64,000 nt of DNA from Octopus vulgaris (GCA_951406725.2 OX597814.1:138818001-138882000), one strand, 5' to 3'; counted from the stretch's first letter, positions 13,047 to 27,300 are shown. Numbers and translations: made by a program. Notes: a model not told the origin generated them from the letters alone.

Positions 13047-13476
13047 CACAGATTTGCTTGTCAGTTGTTTGACAACAACCAGTTGAGCATGTCCCTTAGT
13101 GGCTGACGATATGAGCATCTCAGATCACGAGCAGAAGTAGTGGGGGAGCATCATAGCCATGTGTTGAGAGGGATTGTTTGGGGTTTAAATAATTCACCTG
13201 TGGAAACATGGGTGGTTCTTTCAACATCCTCAAACAACCCTTATTGAGAGACCTTTTGAGCGGGATGGGCTACTCAACCTGAAGAAAATTCTAACTGGGC
13301 CCCACCTGCAAGGTCATGTGCTGTTTTTCTTGATATGCAATCACCATGTCGCGCACATATGGTTGTGATGCATGTGCCTGGTGTACCCTTATCAGATGGG
13401 TAGTTATGATGGGTATATTGGGCTTCGTATATTTTACCCCAGTGTCACTTTGATGGCATGAACTGCTCCCTCACTC
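13045..13476 (+). mobile_element. Non-coding interspersed element inserted in (TAA)n
   Basis: Flanked by (TAA)n on both sides. A second, partial copy lies in opposite orientation at 16905-17204, also ending at a TAA run. Confidence 0.75.
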
Positions 13477-15563
13477 AATAATAATAATAATAAGTTTACG
13501 ACTATTGTTGTTGTTTAAGGAACATTTAAATTCAGCTCTAAACGATCGTCTTGAAAATTTACTCGCTATAATATTTTCAGAGTTCAAAAAAAAGTCTTAA
13601 AACCATTTCTTTACTTATGTCTGAGTGCTAAAAATAATCATATTTAACGAAATCTTATTTCATTACAAAATGTTATTTTTCTTGTAAATCAATACCATAA
13701 AGATATGATCATAATTAATATTTATTTAACTTCACTTATCAGCAGACCAAATATTGATATGCTCCACCATTTGAAGTTTATAGGAATTATCTGAGGCCAT
13801 TTATAGAATTTTGTCTTAAAAGTAAATTTACACAGAAAGATAATTGAATAATCAATGTTTTAAATATTTATATTTTTCTTTCGATATCAATTTAGAGACA
13901 ACGTATCATATGTTTTTGTTGTTGTTGTTGTTATTTTGTTTTCTTATTGTTTATTGCTTTTTTTTTCCTTTTTTGTTAATGGGTGAGGAGTGAGGGCTCT
14001 GAATAAATATTTTAAATGTTCATCATAAGTTAAAAACTATTTAATGTTTTCAGTTATTTCTATGACTGTAAATCACTTTCTTTCAATAAATATAATTTCA
14101 AAAATCAATCACTCACACTATCAAATCTATAATCACTTCTTTAACTTTTTCTTTATCTCATGCGTCCTTCCATGGGTGATGGACTAAATAATGACCAGAA
14201 CAGTGACTATTTAAACTTTATGTCCCTTGTTTTTACCATTGTAAATTGGGTAAACAGTCATCAATTACACTCTTGACCAACAAGATTGTAAACTCCATCT
14301 GGTGGTAAGGCTCACGTTTAAGAATTTAGCGTTGTATGGATTTAGGGTTTAATTACTTCATCCATGCCCGCTCTTACGTGGAGTAGCAGTACCTGTTTAA
14401 CAAACAAGTTTTGAATCAAATAGTGCAATATTAGAATCAAATAGTGCCCTGTGCAATATAATCATAAAGACGTAGCTAATTCATACATGATTTAGAGAAA
14501 ATTGGTCCCTGGACAATTTTAAATACACACAAACCTGTGTCAACATGCTGTCCTTACGTGAACAAGTTCCTTGCCTAAGGGTTAATAAAGTAGGTCTTGT
14601 GCCTCATTAAAGCTGGAGACTACAAGGGTAAATTTTAAGTAGACCAACATAAGATTCCAGGATAAATGTCTAAATCAGTCTTTATGACACTTTCCTGGAT
14701 ATCTTAGACAATGGAATGGGATCTACACTGAAATATCAGCCTTATAAACATTGTCCCTTTTTAAACACATTCTTCAAGTAGGTGGAATTTACAAAAAAGA
14801 CATCACAAAGCTACAATACCCTTTACATCCATACTCTTTCTTTAATGAACATCAAGACGTTCAAAACTAGGGGTATAACAAGCTAGTCTTCTTTAACACC
14901 ACCAAATAAGTAGCACTGAAAAATAATAGTTTATCTAATTGCTATAAGGTCAGAAATTACTTTGAGGAGAAGGAAAGAAAGTTTAAATGTATAAACTCCA
15001 GTGCCTGAGTGATGCAACTACTTATTTCATTGAGCGGGAACTGATGAAAAGCGAAGCCAACTCCCATATGGGTTTTGACTCAGTGCATACAAATATCACA
15101 TTATTTGTCTGACATTACAACGATTCTGCTAATCACTTCGTATATGCGTGTCTATATGCGTGTGTTGTGTGTGTATCTGTATCGAGTACGTTATACAGGC
15201 ACCATGAGGAAAACAACACTCAGTTAGTGTAATTCATGATTGTAACAGTTGGGATATACGTTTGGTAATGTGCGCTTCGTATCCAATCTCACGATCGGAA
15301 ACGTGACATTTAAACGTGACATTGGTTTAACGTACAAGTGAATACAATCACACACACACAAGCACACATTTTTGCATGTATGCCAGTGTGTATGTGTATC
15401 TAATATATATATTTACGCATACGAACATATTGAAATACAGGTATTACTCGTTTTTGGAGCACCGTGAAATAAAGTGTCATGGTCAAGGACACAACGCGCC
15501 GCAGGGAATCGAACTTGCATCCTTACGATCGCGAGCCGAAACCATAACCACTTGGCCACGCAC

Positions 15564-15564
<1 letters not shown>

Positions 15565-15602
<38 letters not shown>

Positions 15603-15907
15603 TTATATATACACACACAAATAAATCATACATATACCTATGTATAAATATAGCAATACATATATGTACGCATACATGAATGCATGCATGCTTACATACA
15701 TACATACACACATACATACATACATACATACATACATACATACATACATACATACATACATACATACATGCATCCATCCATGCATACATACATACATACA
15801 TACATACATACATGCATACCTACATACGTACATACATACATACATACATACATACATACATACATACATACATACATACATACATACATACATACATACA
15901 TACATAC
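15565..15907. repeat. (CA)n/(TACA)n microsatellite
   Basis: Direct reading. Similar (TATG/CATA)n tracts at 4440-4520, 19720-19800, 38096-38142, 42808-42884 and 54086-54330. Confidence 0.95.
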
Positions 15908-16227
15908 TTATACAAAGGAGACAATGTAAATTTTCTTTTCTTTATGAAATAGAATTTTATAATATGGAAAACTATTATATAAAAATAATTGTCTTTATTG
16001 TTTCTTCGAAAAAGTTTACAAATTATATTGTTTTTGTTAGAGAAGTAAATTAATTTTTAAATATTATGATTGATTTTGTAGTTATTGTGTTTCTATTTAT
16101 TTGTTTCTGTTTATTCCGATTAAATGAATTAGTTTTGTATTAAAATAATTTCACAAACGTTACACGTAATTTATTGTCCAATATCTTCAGGTCGCCTAAC
16201 TTTTTATGTTTAATATTTTCTATGTGT

Positions 16228-17556
16228 AAGGCGGCGAGCTGACAGATTCGTTAGCACACCGGGAAAATGCTTAGCGGCATTTCATCTGTCTCTACCTTCT
16301 GAGTTCAAATTCCACCGAGGTCGACATTGCCTTTCATCCTTTCGGGGACGATAAATTAAGTACCAGTTCCATACTGGAATTGATCTAATCGACTGACCCC
16401 CTCAACCAAAATTTCGGGCCTTGTGCCTGGAGTAGAAAAGAATATCTTCAGGTCACCTAGCTTTTTATGTTTAATATTTTCTGTGCGTAAGGCGTCGAGC
16501 TGGCAGAAACGTTAGCACGCCGGGCGAAATGCGTAGCCGTATTGCGTCTGGCATTACGTTCTGAATTCAAATTCCGCCGAGGTCGACTTTGCCTTTCATC
16601 CTTTCGGGGTCGATAAATTAAGTACCAGTAACGCACCGGGGTCGTTGTAATCGACTTAATCCGTTTGTCTGTCCTTGTGTGTCCCCTCTGTGCTTAGCCC
16701 CTGGTGGGTAGTAAAGAAATAGGTATTTCGTCTGCCGCTGCGCTTTAAGTTAAAATTCTGCCGAGGTTGATTTTGCCTTTTATTCATTCGGGGTCGATTG
16801 AATGAGTACCAGTCACGCACTGAGGTCGATATAATCGACTTAATCCCTTTGTCTGTCCTTCTTTGTCCCCTCTATGTTTAGCATTTATTATTATTATCAT
16901 TATTGAGTGAGAGAGCAGTTCATTCCACAAAGTGACACTGGGGTAAAATATACGAAGCCCAGTATACCCATCATGGCTACCCATCTGATAAGGGTACATT
17001 AGGCACATATGCGCGACATGGTGATCTCATATCAAGATAAACAGCGCATGACCTTGCAGGTGGGGCCCAGTTAGAATTTTCTTCTGGTCGAGTAACCCAT
17101 GCCGCTCAAAAGATCCCTGAATAAGGGTTGTTTAAGGATGTTGAACGAAACATCCGTGTTTCCAAATGTGAATTATTCAAACCCCAAAGAATCCCTCTCA
17201 ACACAACGGGCAAAATGCTTAGCGGCATTTCGTCTGTCTTTACGTTCTGCGTTCAAATTCCGCCAAGGTTGACTTTGCCTTTCATCCTTTCGGGGTCGAT
17301 AAAAGTATTACCAGTTGAGGACTGGGGTCGATGTAATTAACTCATCCCCTCTCCCAAAATTATGCTTAAAGTGGCGTGCTGGCAGAATTGTTAGCACCTT
17401 GGGCAAAATCCTTGGCGGCATTTTGTCCATCTTCACATTCTGAGTTCAAATTCTGTCATGATCGACTTTGCCTTTCATCATTTCGGGGTCGATAAAAACA
17501 CTGAGGTCGATGTATTCAACTCCTCTTCCTCCCCCGAACTGTAGTCTTTGAAACCA
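16228..17556 (+). mobile_element. Cluster of SINE family A units with a nested TAA-associated element
   Basis: Units start at 16228, 16489, ~16722, ~17208 and ~17370. Confidence 0.85.
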
Positions 17557-19179
17557 ATATTTTCTGTCTGGTCTAACGGTTATGAAGTTCGGCTCACAAT
17601 CGTAAGATTTTTTAATTCCTAGACCGGGACGGTGCGAACAAATGTATGGTACATGTTACCAAGCGATACTGGTTCGTGATTGATGAGTTGTTGCACTGTA
17701 CTACTTCCAGGATATATTTTCCTAGTTCTGTGTTACTCTTTTTATTCTAAGTGCTCCATTCATTTCTATCTCAGAAATAATTCTATTCTTTGACTACCTT
17801 GATGGTAAAATTATTCTCAAGTGTTCAGTGTGGGAATATAGCGATCCAGCAACTATTTCCGTATAAAAGTTTTTATTTTATCAAGTGACGAAGTTCAGCA
17901 AGAAACGGCCCAACTACGAAAACTCGTTTTTCTGAAGATTGTTGTACATTGTTGTGGCTAAGCTCTGAATTGTTTGAGTATTCTATAATGCATTTTTAGA
18001 CATTTTATTGATAACATTTAAATACAAAGAAACAGAAAAAGAAAAACGAAGAAAAAGACTATGCCTATTAGCAAATGTATTCCAGCTATAGACATGCTAA
18101 ACATAGAAGAGACAAACAAGGCCAGACAAACGGATTAAGTCGATTACATTGATCCCATTGGGTAACTGGCACTCATTTCAAATTTTTGCCACAAAGGCAG
18201 CTTGAAAAAGGTGAGGCTGAGTCAATAACATTGATCCCACTGCGTAAATGGTACTTCCAATCGATCCCGAAAGGATGAAAGGCAAAATCGACCTCAGCGG
18301 AATTTGAAATTTGAACGTTGCGGCAGACGAAATATCGCCAAGCTTTTCGCCCGACGGGCTAACGATTCTGCCAGCTCGCCGCCTTACACACAGAAAGAGT
18401 GTAATATAAAGAAATTTAGATGCTGTGTCATACCTTCTTGTTAACTCTTTTACATACTTCCATAAATCTATCTTTGTAAGGGAGAGTTTTTTTATGAATG
18501 ATAGAATTCCAGCATCTTTGGTTGCTAGACAGGTTTCAAATGTTCATACAAGGCCAGTAATCCTAAGTGTGAAATTTAGTTGATTATTTCGACCGCAGCG
18601 CTCACCTGGTACTTATTTTATCAATTCCATAGTGATGGATGGCAAATTCAGCCTCGACGGAATTTGAACACGGAATATAATTAGCCACACTAACAACCGA
18701 TGATAGAAACAATTAACAGTAAGTCATTGGTTCGTAAAAGTACTTACCCCGCCTTTCCTCTTGTCCAATGATTTAGCTAATTATTGGATAATTCATAATC
18801 AGAGATATTCATCAATAACTGATCAGCCATTTTTTTATTTGCAGTTGGTACCAATGAGATCCAAGTATTTTTGCAGTTACAATAAACGAAGGAAAAGTTA
18901 GACGATCTTGAGAATTATATATATACACCACCCACGTGTGTGTGTATGTGTGCGAGTGTGTGTTTTTACGTGAACGAAAATTATTTGCAACAGAAGTGGT
19001 CACTTGTTAAAACTACGTTGTTTTCGCACTTGTTTATAATTGCACATTTAGCCTCACAATAGTGTTCACACAAGTTATTAAGTATATAAGCGCACACACA
19101 AACGCAGTTGTGCGTTTATGAGCGCATGTATGTGTGTGTTTGTATATGTGTGGGTGGTTCTGTATATTTTTGTGTATGT

Positions 19180-19221
<42 letters not shown>

Positions 19222-19268
19222 ATAAATATTAGGGAATAAATCCAAATTTACAGTGGTTTTGTCTCGAA

Positions 19269-19329
<61 letters not shown>

Positions 19330-19332
19330 TAT

Positions 19333-19421
<89 letters not shown>

Positions 19422-22400
19422 AATGGTAAAACAACGAAAGAATGAAAGAGACCTCGATATTATGTAAATAGAGGAATTTATCTGTAAATCATATATATAC
19501 ATACTTACATAAACATGTACACACATATCCACATACAAACATATATACTTATTCAGATACTCATTTACCACGTTCGCACACTGCCACCTACTTGCGCACA
19601 ACTTCTGCAAAAGCAACCATTCTCCCACGGATATTATTTCTCCCACTGAACACACGCATACACCAGCATACAACCATCCATACATACATTCAATCATACG
19701 TACACACACAAACATACATACATCCATACATACATACATACATACATACATACATACATACATACATACATACATACATACATACATACATACATACATA
19801 CATGCAAGTACATACATGTTTACATACATACACCCGCATACATACACTGTCCATTTATTTCCTTCAATTTAGCTTAGAACTAGATTATAGAATCATAATT
19901 TCGCCTTCCTGATTCTATTATTGCCAAGGGAATCATTATTTAAGGTTCGTGCAGAATGTAACTTTAGAGAAACCTTTAAAAACCTATTAACTATCTAGTT
20001 CAAACAAGGATGAATTATGAAACCATTGAATATCCACAGTTAAATTCTAACACAAGTTCTTGCATTAGAGTAATACTGCAGCAATTTATTCAGTACGTGA
20101 CCAAATATATGAGGTCATGAATGATAAAGAACCACGTGTCATTTGGACCTATTCACGACCTAGCTTTCTATCTGCATTGTAGCTGAAACTCTTTCTATAC
20201 ACTGCTAATGCTAATAAGCAAGGAATTACAACCACGCATACTGTCACCAATAAATAATGAGTCTCTCTTGCATAAATAAAGCTATAATCCGTTTTACTAT
20301 AGGCACAAGGCTTGGTATTTTGGGGGAGGATATAGTGGACTACACCGATGCCAAATTCTGCCGAGGTCGACATTGCATTTTATCCTTTCAGGGTCGATAA
20401 AATATGTACCAGTTGAATACTGGGGTCGAATGATCGACTTGTCCCCTCCCACCAAAATTCAGGACTTGTGCCTTTAATAGAAAGGATTATTATTATTATT
20501 AAAGTGGCAAGCTGACGGAATCGTTAGCACACAAGGCAAAATGCTTCGCGGCATTTCGTCCGTTTTTAGATTCTGAGTTCAAATTCTGCCGATGTCGACT
20601 TTGCATTTCATCCTATCGGGATCGATAAAATAAGTACCAGTTGTGAACTGGGGTCGATGTAATCGACTTATCCCAACAACCCGAACTTACTGATCTCGTG
20701 TCATAATTTGAAACCAATAATATTTTTCTGAATATGTTTATATTTCTTTTTCTTCAGAGTATAGAAACTTGATGTTGTGTCATTTATGCTTTATCAAACA
20801 GCATCAGCAACCCAAGTTAAGTATAAATATCAGGAAGTGAAACTGTGTTTTATCACAGACATCTGACGCTTACATCTTACGTTGCCACACTTGTCGCTTC
20901 TCTCTGTTTTAAAGTCATATGTAACTGCTACAGTGATCGGAGTTTTCTATATTAAGCTACTCTCTTCCACAAAAACAAGGGAAAACAAAATAAAATGAAG
21001 TAAAACGGAATATTAGGGCAGAACCAATAATATCTATTTGATAGATCGCTTCGAATACATTTTAATAATCTTTTTACAATCGGTTTTATTACTTCATCTA
21101 TTTATTTTGTCTTTCCTTACTATTTCTATAGAACCAATTTCGTCCACCAAAAAAGCATCATAACGGATACACATACACATAAACATTACACACACATACA
21201 CACACACACACTCACGCACACACAAAATATTCGATAACATCGGACATATATATCGATCCGGAATTATCTTAACACTGTTGCAGCGTTATTTTATTCACTC
21301 GTTCTTATCAATGTTGAAAACGAAATATCGGTATGTTTAACGTTTTATTACCTCCAGCCTAAATCTTTTGATTGGGGTAATAAATACAGGGTTAATGAAG
21401 AACTTGAAGGGAATGGCAGCTGCGAGAATCATTAGTTTGTTAATTTAAAAGATCGTGCTTGATATCCCACCACAAGTAGTGTGATGGCAAAGGCACGCAG
21501 TTGTAAATACGTGTCACAAAGTAATGCATCTCACGAGTAAAGCAGCGTGCGAGTATAAGATTCATAATGTTTTATTTGAACTGAAACTACAATTTCTAAA
21601 GTACTACACTAAGATTTTCATATTTACGATTTCAAACTTGGTAAGAGCTATCTTGAAGCGTAAAATCATTGTAACTGCATAAGGGTTATTCACGCCATTG
21701 TGCTACATATTATATAAATAAGTACAATGTTGGACCACACGATTAGTTGCTCGTATGAAAAGACGTTTGTATCTCATTATTTTATATTGTACCATGATTT
21801 CCGTTAGTAATTAAACTTCCATTATGTATTTTCTTACGAGTAATTTTCAGATTATTTGGCCCAAGGGACTAATTTTAGCAATACCAGCTTTTGTATCAGC
21901 CTGAAACATGTGCCAAAGAAAAGTGATGTTTGTTGATCACAGTAAACAGCAGAAAAGTTGCTTAATTATCAAATATTTTGTTTATGGACCTAAAAAATCT
22001 TCAGTGGACGAAGACAATACGAGAAAGAAAAGGAATTTCAATCGAGGCATAACAGTGCATAAGTCATTTCATTTCATTTTATTCATAGTGGACACTGAAG
22101 TAGGACTTTGTTAGTATTCTTTAAACTGACAATACAATCAGGATATTAATTAAGATATTAGTTTTCTTCATGGCGTCTTTCCCATCTTCTACACGATTTA
22201 AGGTATTAAATCAATATTTCCAGGCCTGCGAGAGATCAGCTTAACCACTGTGGTTTTTAACATTCACATCGTAAAATCCTATCATTATGAACTTAAAGAT
22301 TATCGTATCGAAATTGCCCTTATTAACTGCAGCATTCTTTAATGGACGGAAGCGCAGAGCACCGGAAAATATACAACACTGAAACCATGCTTGAGTAAGG

Positions 22401-23024
22401 TATTTGACTTTCATACATTCAAGGTCGATACAACAATTAATAGTTTAGATTCAGCAGGCTATACACCTGTCCGATCTTGTACTTATATAACAAATTATTT
22501 TGAACAACGCAGCGACATTGTATGCTAGTTATTTACTACATGGTGTGTGTGCGTGTGTGAACGACATAAAAATCTGTCTTATTCCCAAATGAAACGTAGA
22601 TTTAACATTGATGAGGATTTTTCTCATTTTTAATGAATATGCCAATTGTGTTCTTTCAAATAAACTTTATAATCAATAACAAAGGTAGCACCCAACACAT
22701 CACTTTTCTACTACTATATACTCTGTTCCCGAAAATTCACTTTACATTTTACAGCTCCACACAATCATATTCTAATTGACCAAGTCTGGCATTAATTAAT
22801 AGTAATTGTAATCTTTACCTACATGCTAATACTCTGGGAGGAAACAGATCCACAATATTTATCTTAGGTAAAAAGAAATACTGAATTTTCAAATGTTACT
22901 AATATCAGAGAGGACAGCATTAGTTGCGTAGAACGTTAAATTTGCATTTTTCACTATATTCATATATAATGCATATATAAATATATGGATATATGTAGTA
23001 TGCATGTATGTATGTATATATGTA

Positions 23025-23112
<88 letters not shown>

Positions 23113-23199
23113 GTAAGGTTGAAAAGTGCTACACTTTTATAAATACATACATACATACGTATGTATGCATATATGTATGTGCGCATATATGTATGTATT

Positions 23200-24740
23200 A
23201 AATAATATGTGTATGTTTGTGAAATGTAAGGATAAGATGGAGAATTAAGAAATCAAATGACCTCTTAGTTCTACCCCTTTGTAATTACTTATGTCTCCGC
23301 GTAAACTGGGACCTTTCTCTGGTCTTTGCATGCTGTTTAATATGAAAATCTACTTTTCTGGAAAAATGGACGGTCTTTATGAAGACGATGAGCTCCTAAT
23401 TCTAAATAATTTCAGCCCATGCGCCACTGATTGATTCAAAAAGAGAAACTCAAGGACTTCTTTAAGTTCTTACATTTCTGAATAACCGTCGAAGCTCATC
23501 TCAGAAAAGTGAGCTATCTTAATGTTTCCTTTGATTATTTTAACTACATATCTAAACAATCACTAAATTTTTTCGATAGACACTGTAACTTCCCTAGACA
23601 TAATATTAACTAACTTATAGCGAACATTTCACTTCGGCTTTTAGCTAATGAACGTATTTTTGACAACGCGTCTCAGAGGATAAAATTCTGCCTCATGACA
23701 TCTCCTAAACAACACCCCAATAAAAACAATAACAGGAAAAGAAACAACCTGATTCTAATTTCCCTTCAGCATTACAGTATCTTCAATGATGTCTCAAATC
23801 TTTTTTAAACTTCTTACGAAGTCTTTCTCCTTAAACCATAAACCTTTCACAAAAATTCTATTGAGCCTTCGTATTCAACCACTCAAAATATAACAAAATC
23901 ATTAGCCCACCAAACACCGGCTCGTGCAACTAGAAATGCCATCTAAATGCCTTCTGAAATCTAATTGCATTGCTGGAGGTGTTATATGCCATTACGTAGA
24001 TAACACTAATGGTAATGCAAAAGCATGCATCGTTATTACTCAAGGTTTCATTCGCACATGCATTCCTTTAAAACCCATAACAGAAACGAACATCTTTCGT
24101 TTTCCAAAGAACATTTCAATATAACATCATTTCAAACGTAGTATATTTATCAGAGGAAAGCATATGAAGAGATTAATAATCCCAGAAATCTTTGTACCGT
24201 AGAAGGGTACCACATTCTTTCTACAAAGACCCCATTACTCGACTACCATTTAGCAAACATTCCGAAAAGCATTAACAGAAAATGTACGCCACATTTATTT
24301 TACAAGTCGATCATCTCCCACATCGCAAACAATGGCCTATATCTCTGCAAGCGTGCCTACATAAGTTAGGTCTTTACGTATTATTTCTTTACGTTATTCC
24401 ATTCATGAAATATTTCATGCTCTTAATTCATTTCCTGACTGATAGGTTTTCACCTTCACCATTATGGACTGCTGCAAATCGATCAACGCTAACCACGTAT
24501 TAACGTGTAAGACTTTTTTAGATTTGTTTTGTTTTGTCTTTTTTTTTTTACAAGTTCAACCAATTTCATTCATGTTTCATCTTTATTCCATTTTTCTCGA
24601 CATTCTAAGATGAATTGCTGGAATGGCTCTCCCATTGCCACTAAATCAACAAGGCTGAAGACGTGTATATGAATTCATGGATACATCTTAGCTTCTAAAA
24701 ATGCCTTTTTAACCACACTCGGCTGTAATATACATGTGTG
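23200..24740 (+). mobile_element. Decayed Penelope-like element (RT thumb, linker, GIY-YIG)
   Basis: NFLDII-like and RKRNNLI segments, plus KCLLKSNCIAGGVIC...AKACIVITQG resembling CPLxGxCL..VIY..YIG. Bounded by TA-rich microsatellites. Confidence 0.6.
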
Positions 24741-24838
24741 CGCGCGTGACTCCCTACACGTACACATAATATATGTATGTCTGTATGTATATATATGTGT
24801 GTGTATGTGTATGTGTGTGTATGTATATATATATATGC

Positions 24839-24871
<33 letters not shown>

Positions 24872-24908
24872 CATATATATACATATATACATATATATAT
24901 ACATATAT

Positions 24909-24961
<53 letters not shown>

Positions 24962-25093
24962 TTAATAAACTGAAGCTGTTGAGTCGTCGGGGTTTTACGT
25001 AGGCAACTGAATACAGTGTCCTTCAGCGTCTTGCTACCTTGGCAATATGTATACTATTATTTACAGGGTATATATATACATGTATATATATAC

Positions 25094-25155
<62 letters not shown>

Positions 25156-25176
25156 GTATACATATATATATATATA

Positions 25177-25882
25177 CAGGGTGCCTATTGTCGTCTAAAT
25201 TATGCAAAAATGAAAATAACACTGACATCTCATTTTAACAGATATATTTACATAAAATATATCTTGAGATATTAAATAAAATCACCATTGGCTTCAACTA
25301 CGGCCTCCAAACGACTTCGGAATCTCCTGCAACTCTTTTGGACAGTCTTCTTGTTTAGCTTGGTCAATGCTGCCATAATCCTTGCCTTCAGTTCATCTTT
25401 GGTGTTACAAGGAGTTTTGTTGGTCTCTCGCTCAACGGCGCCCCATACAACTGGTTGCAGTTTGGGCAGTTAGGTGGTCAGATTTTAGGAATGATGTGGT
25501 CGCAGAAATTGTCTGAGAGTCATGACTGGATAATTCTGCTTGTGTGGCATGGTGCAGAGTCCCGTTGCCAGACATATGAGCTTCCAGTAGCCACCCTCTT
25601 GACCTAGTGCAGCACTACGTCCTCCAGCCACTTGATGTAGGCCACTATGTTGAGTTTGTGGCCGTGTGGGATGATGAACGGAGGTATAACGTCTCCATCA
25701 CTAGTGATATCTCCAAACACCATGATACTGACTGGATGTTTGATTTTTATCACTGTCGGTACATGTCCCCAGATTGCACTATCCTCAAATTGACACCCAG
25801 GCATTCTGAAATGTTCGTATTGGAGCTTCCTTCGCGAATGCCAAGTAGTACAGCATGTCGTTTCCAAATTTACAAGTCTGCA
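25177..25882 (-). mobile_element. Tc1/mariner (maT/DD37D-like) internally deleted remnant
   Basis: TA-CAGGGTG end at 25177. Minus strand has WKRHAVLLGIREG..NISECLGVNLRTV joined to KHPVSIMVFGDITSDGDVIPPFI...YVWQRDSAPCHTS. Confidence 0.8.
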
Positions 25883-25935
<53 letters not shown>

Positions 25936-25940
<5 letters not shown>

Positions 25941-26136
25941 TTTTGTAAGCGCAAAACTTATAAGCAATTACCGTGCAATCACTAACGAAAATAATTTAAT
26001 ATTTGGGCATGTAAGCCCTCGACTACGAGAACCCTGTTTTATTTTCGTCGAGGGCTTATATACCCCAATATTAGAGTATTTCCTTTAGTTATTGCACGGT
26101 GATCGTTTATAAGCTTAATGCTTATCAAGTATTACT
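25936..26136. repeat. Fold-back palindromic element (MITE-like)
   Basis: CTTATAAGCAATTACCGTGCAAT...TAAGCCCTCGAC pairs with GTCGAGGGCTTA...ATTGCACGGTGATCGTTTATAAG. Arms are ~70-90 bp and the loop ~25 bp. Confidence 0.8.
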
Positions 26137-26146
26137 ATTATTTACA

Positions 26147-26177
<31 letters not shown>

Positions 26178-26181
<4 letters not shown>

Positions 26182-27300
26182 AAGGGGTACAGTGATCTTG
26201 CTGTGAAGAGTGGAATATCCAACGTTTCGGATTCATTCCTTCGTCAGGGGGCAGAGAAAGAGAAAAGATAAATAAAGAGAAAAATGTCAAACAGAGTTTA
26301 GATCATCTCAGCTTGAAAAACTGGCTGTAACTGATAATGGACGCATAATAATACGGGCTGCTAACGTATAACAGAAGTTATTGAAGAGGGCGTGCTGAAA
26401 GGAGAAGGAAAAGAATGATGGTGTGAGTAGAGGTAAGAAAATCCGGGAATGTAACAGAGAGAAGGTGGAAGGAAGTTTAAAAACGGTAAAAAAGAATTAA
26501 GACGACATTAAAATAATGAAAGGAAAAACGTTCACTCATACCTGTTGGGGACATAGTGCCAAGATCAAATATGAGACGTTGCTCCTTTCGTTTTCTGTAG
26601 AGTGGTCGAAGGCGAAGAAATTGAGAGAAAAGTATGGCAGATCTAACGTGTTTAGTGTGATAGGAAGAGTGCTGGGAGCTAGGAGTGGGAGTCAGTAGGT
26701 TTATAGTAGATAGAGGTGGAGAGGTGGGTATTGTGTATTTTAACGGAGATGTCCAGAAAGCAAACAGATGTATCAGATATGGTACGGGTGAATTCCAAGG
26801 CTGGGTGAAAGGTGCTAAAAAAAGAAATAAAATCGTTGAGCTATTGTCTGTTAAGGCATGTAGTGCCAATGCAGTCGGAAATGTAACGACCATATAGCTC
26901 TAGGATGGGTCCAGTCCCACTCCTACCTGCAGTCCTTTTCCTCTCACCCCAAACACATTAAATCTGCCACACCTTACTCTCAATTTCTTCGCCTTCGACG
27001 ACTTTACAGTATCGAATCGGATTTCGAATCCCATTGCAAAACGATGTGACAGTTTTTTTCTATATCGAAGGTAACCTCCATCAGTTGTCGAACTGGCACT
27101 CCACCCAACCCGACCCATCAACCGCATTTCAGCTCTCTTATCATCTTCACGCACTTCCACTGAACCGTATTCCCCCCCTCTCTCTCTCTCACCTTACCAC
27201 CGGTCCATCCTTCCTCTACAGCTCAAACTCACCCACTACTTTAGTAGTCTCTTTCCTGACCAAACAATCGCCCCTGTCTTTTTCACACCGCCTATACTGT
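26178..27300 (-). mobile_element. Penelope-like retroelement remnant with inverted segment
   Basis: Minus strand reads FLDISVK...SIYYKPTDSH...FSQFLRLR (RT thumb) fused to RKRKEQRLIFDLGTMSPTGMSERF (GIY-YIG C-terminus). A hammerhead motif lies downstream. 26915-27010 is a diverged inverted copy of 26596-26690. Confidence 0.82.
26219..26249 (-). ncRNA. Minimal Penelope-type hammerhead motif
   Basis: Minus strand CUGACGA-A-GGA-augaa-UCC-GAAACGUU. Stem I is reduced to ~2 bp. Confidence 0.55.

Noticed and set aside
14150-14900. Possible ancient minus-strand LINE RT remnant
   Set aside because: Only vague motif resemblance; it cannot be supported without a profile search.
15376-16053. ORFs such as [25 protein letters not shown] and LSIYLS here and throughout the track
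   Set aside because: They are translations of microsatellites without stop codons, not genes.
16228-17556. Regularly recurring SINE motifs as a CRISPR-like array
   Set aside because: Eukaryotic context, irregular spacing, homologous rather than unique spacers, and no cas genes.
18698-18715. CCGATGATAGAAAC as a hammerhead
   Set aside because: No stem II or stem III; a chance match.
20758-20815. Possible plus-strand micro-exon after a polypyrimidine tract and CAG
   Set aside because: Weak donor, unrecognised peptide and no partner exons.
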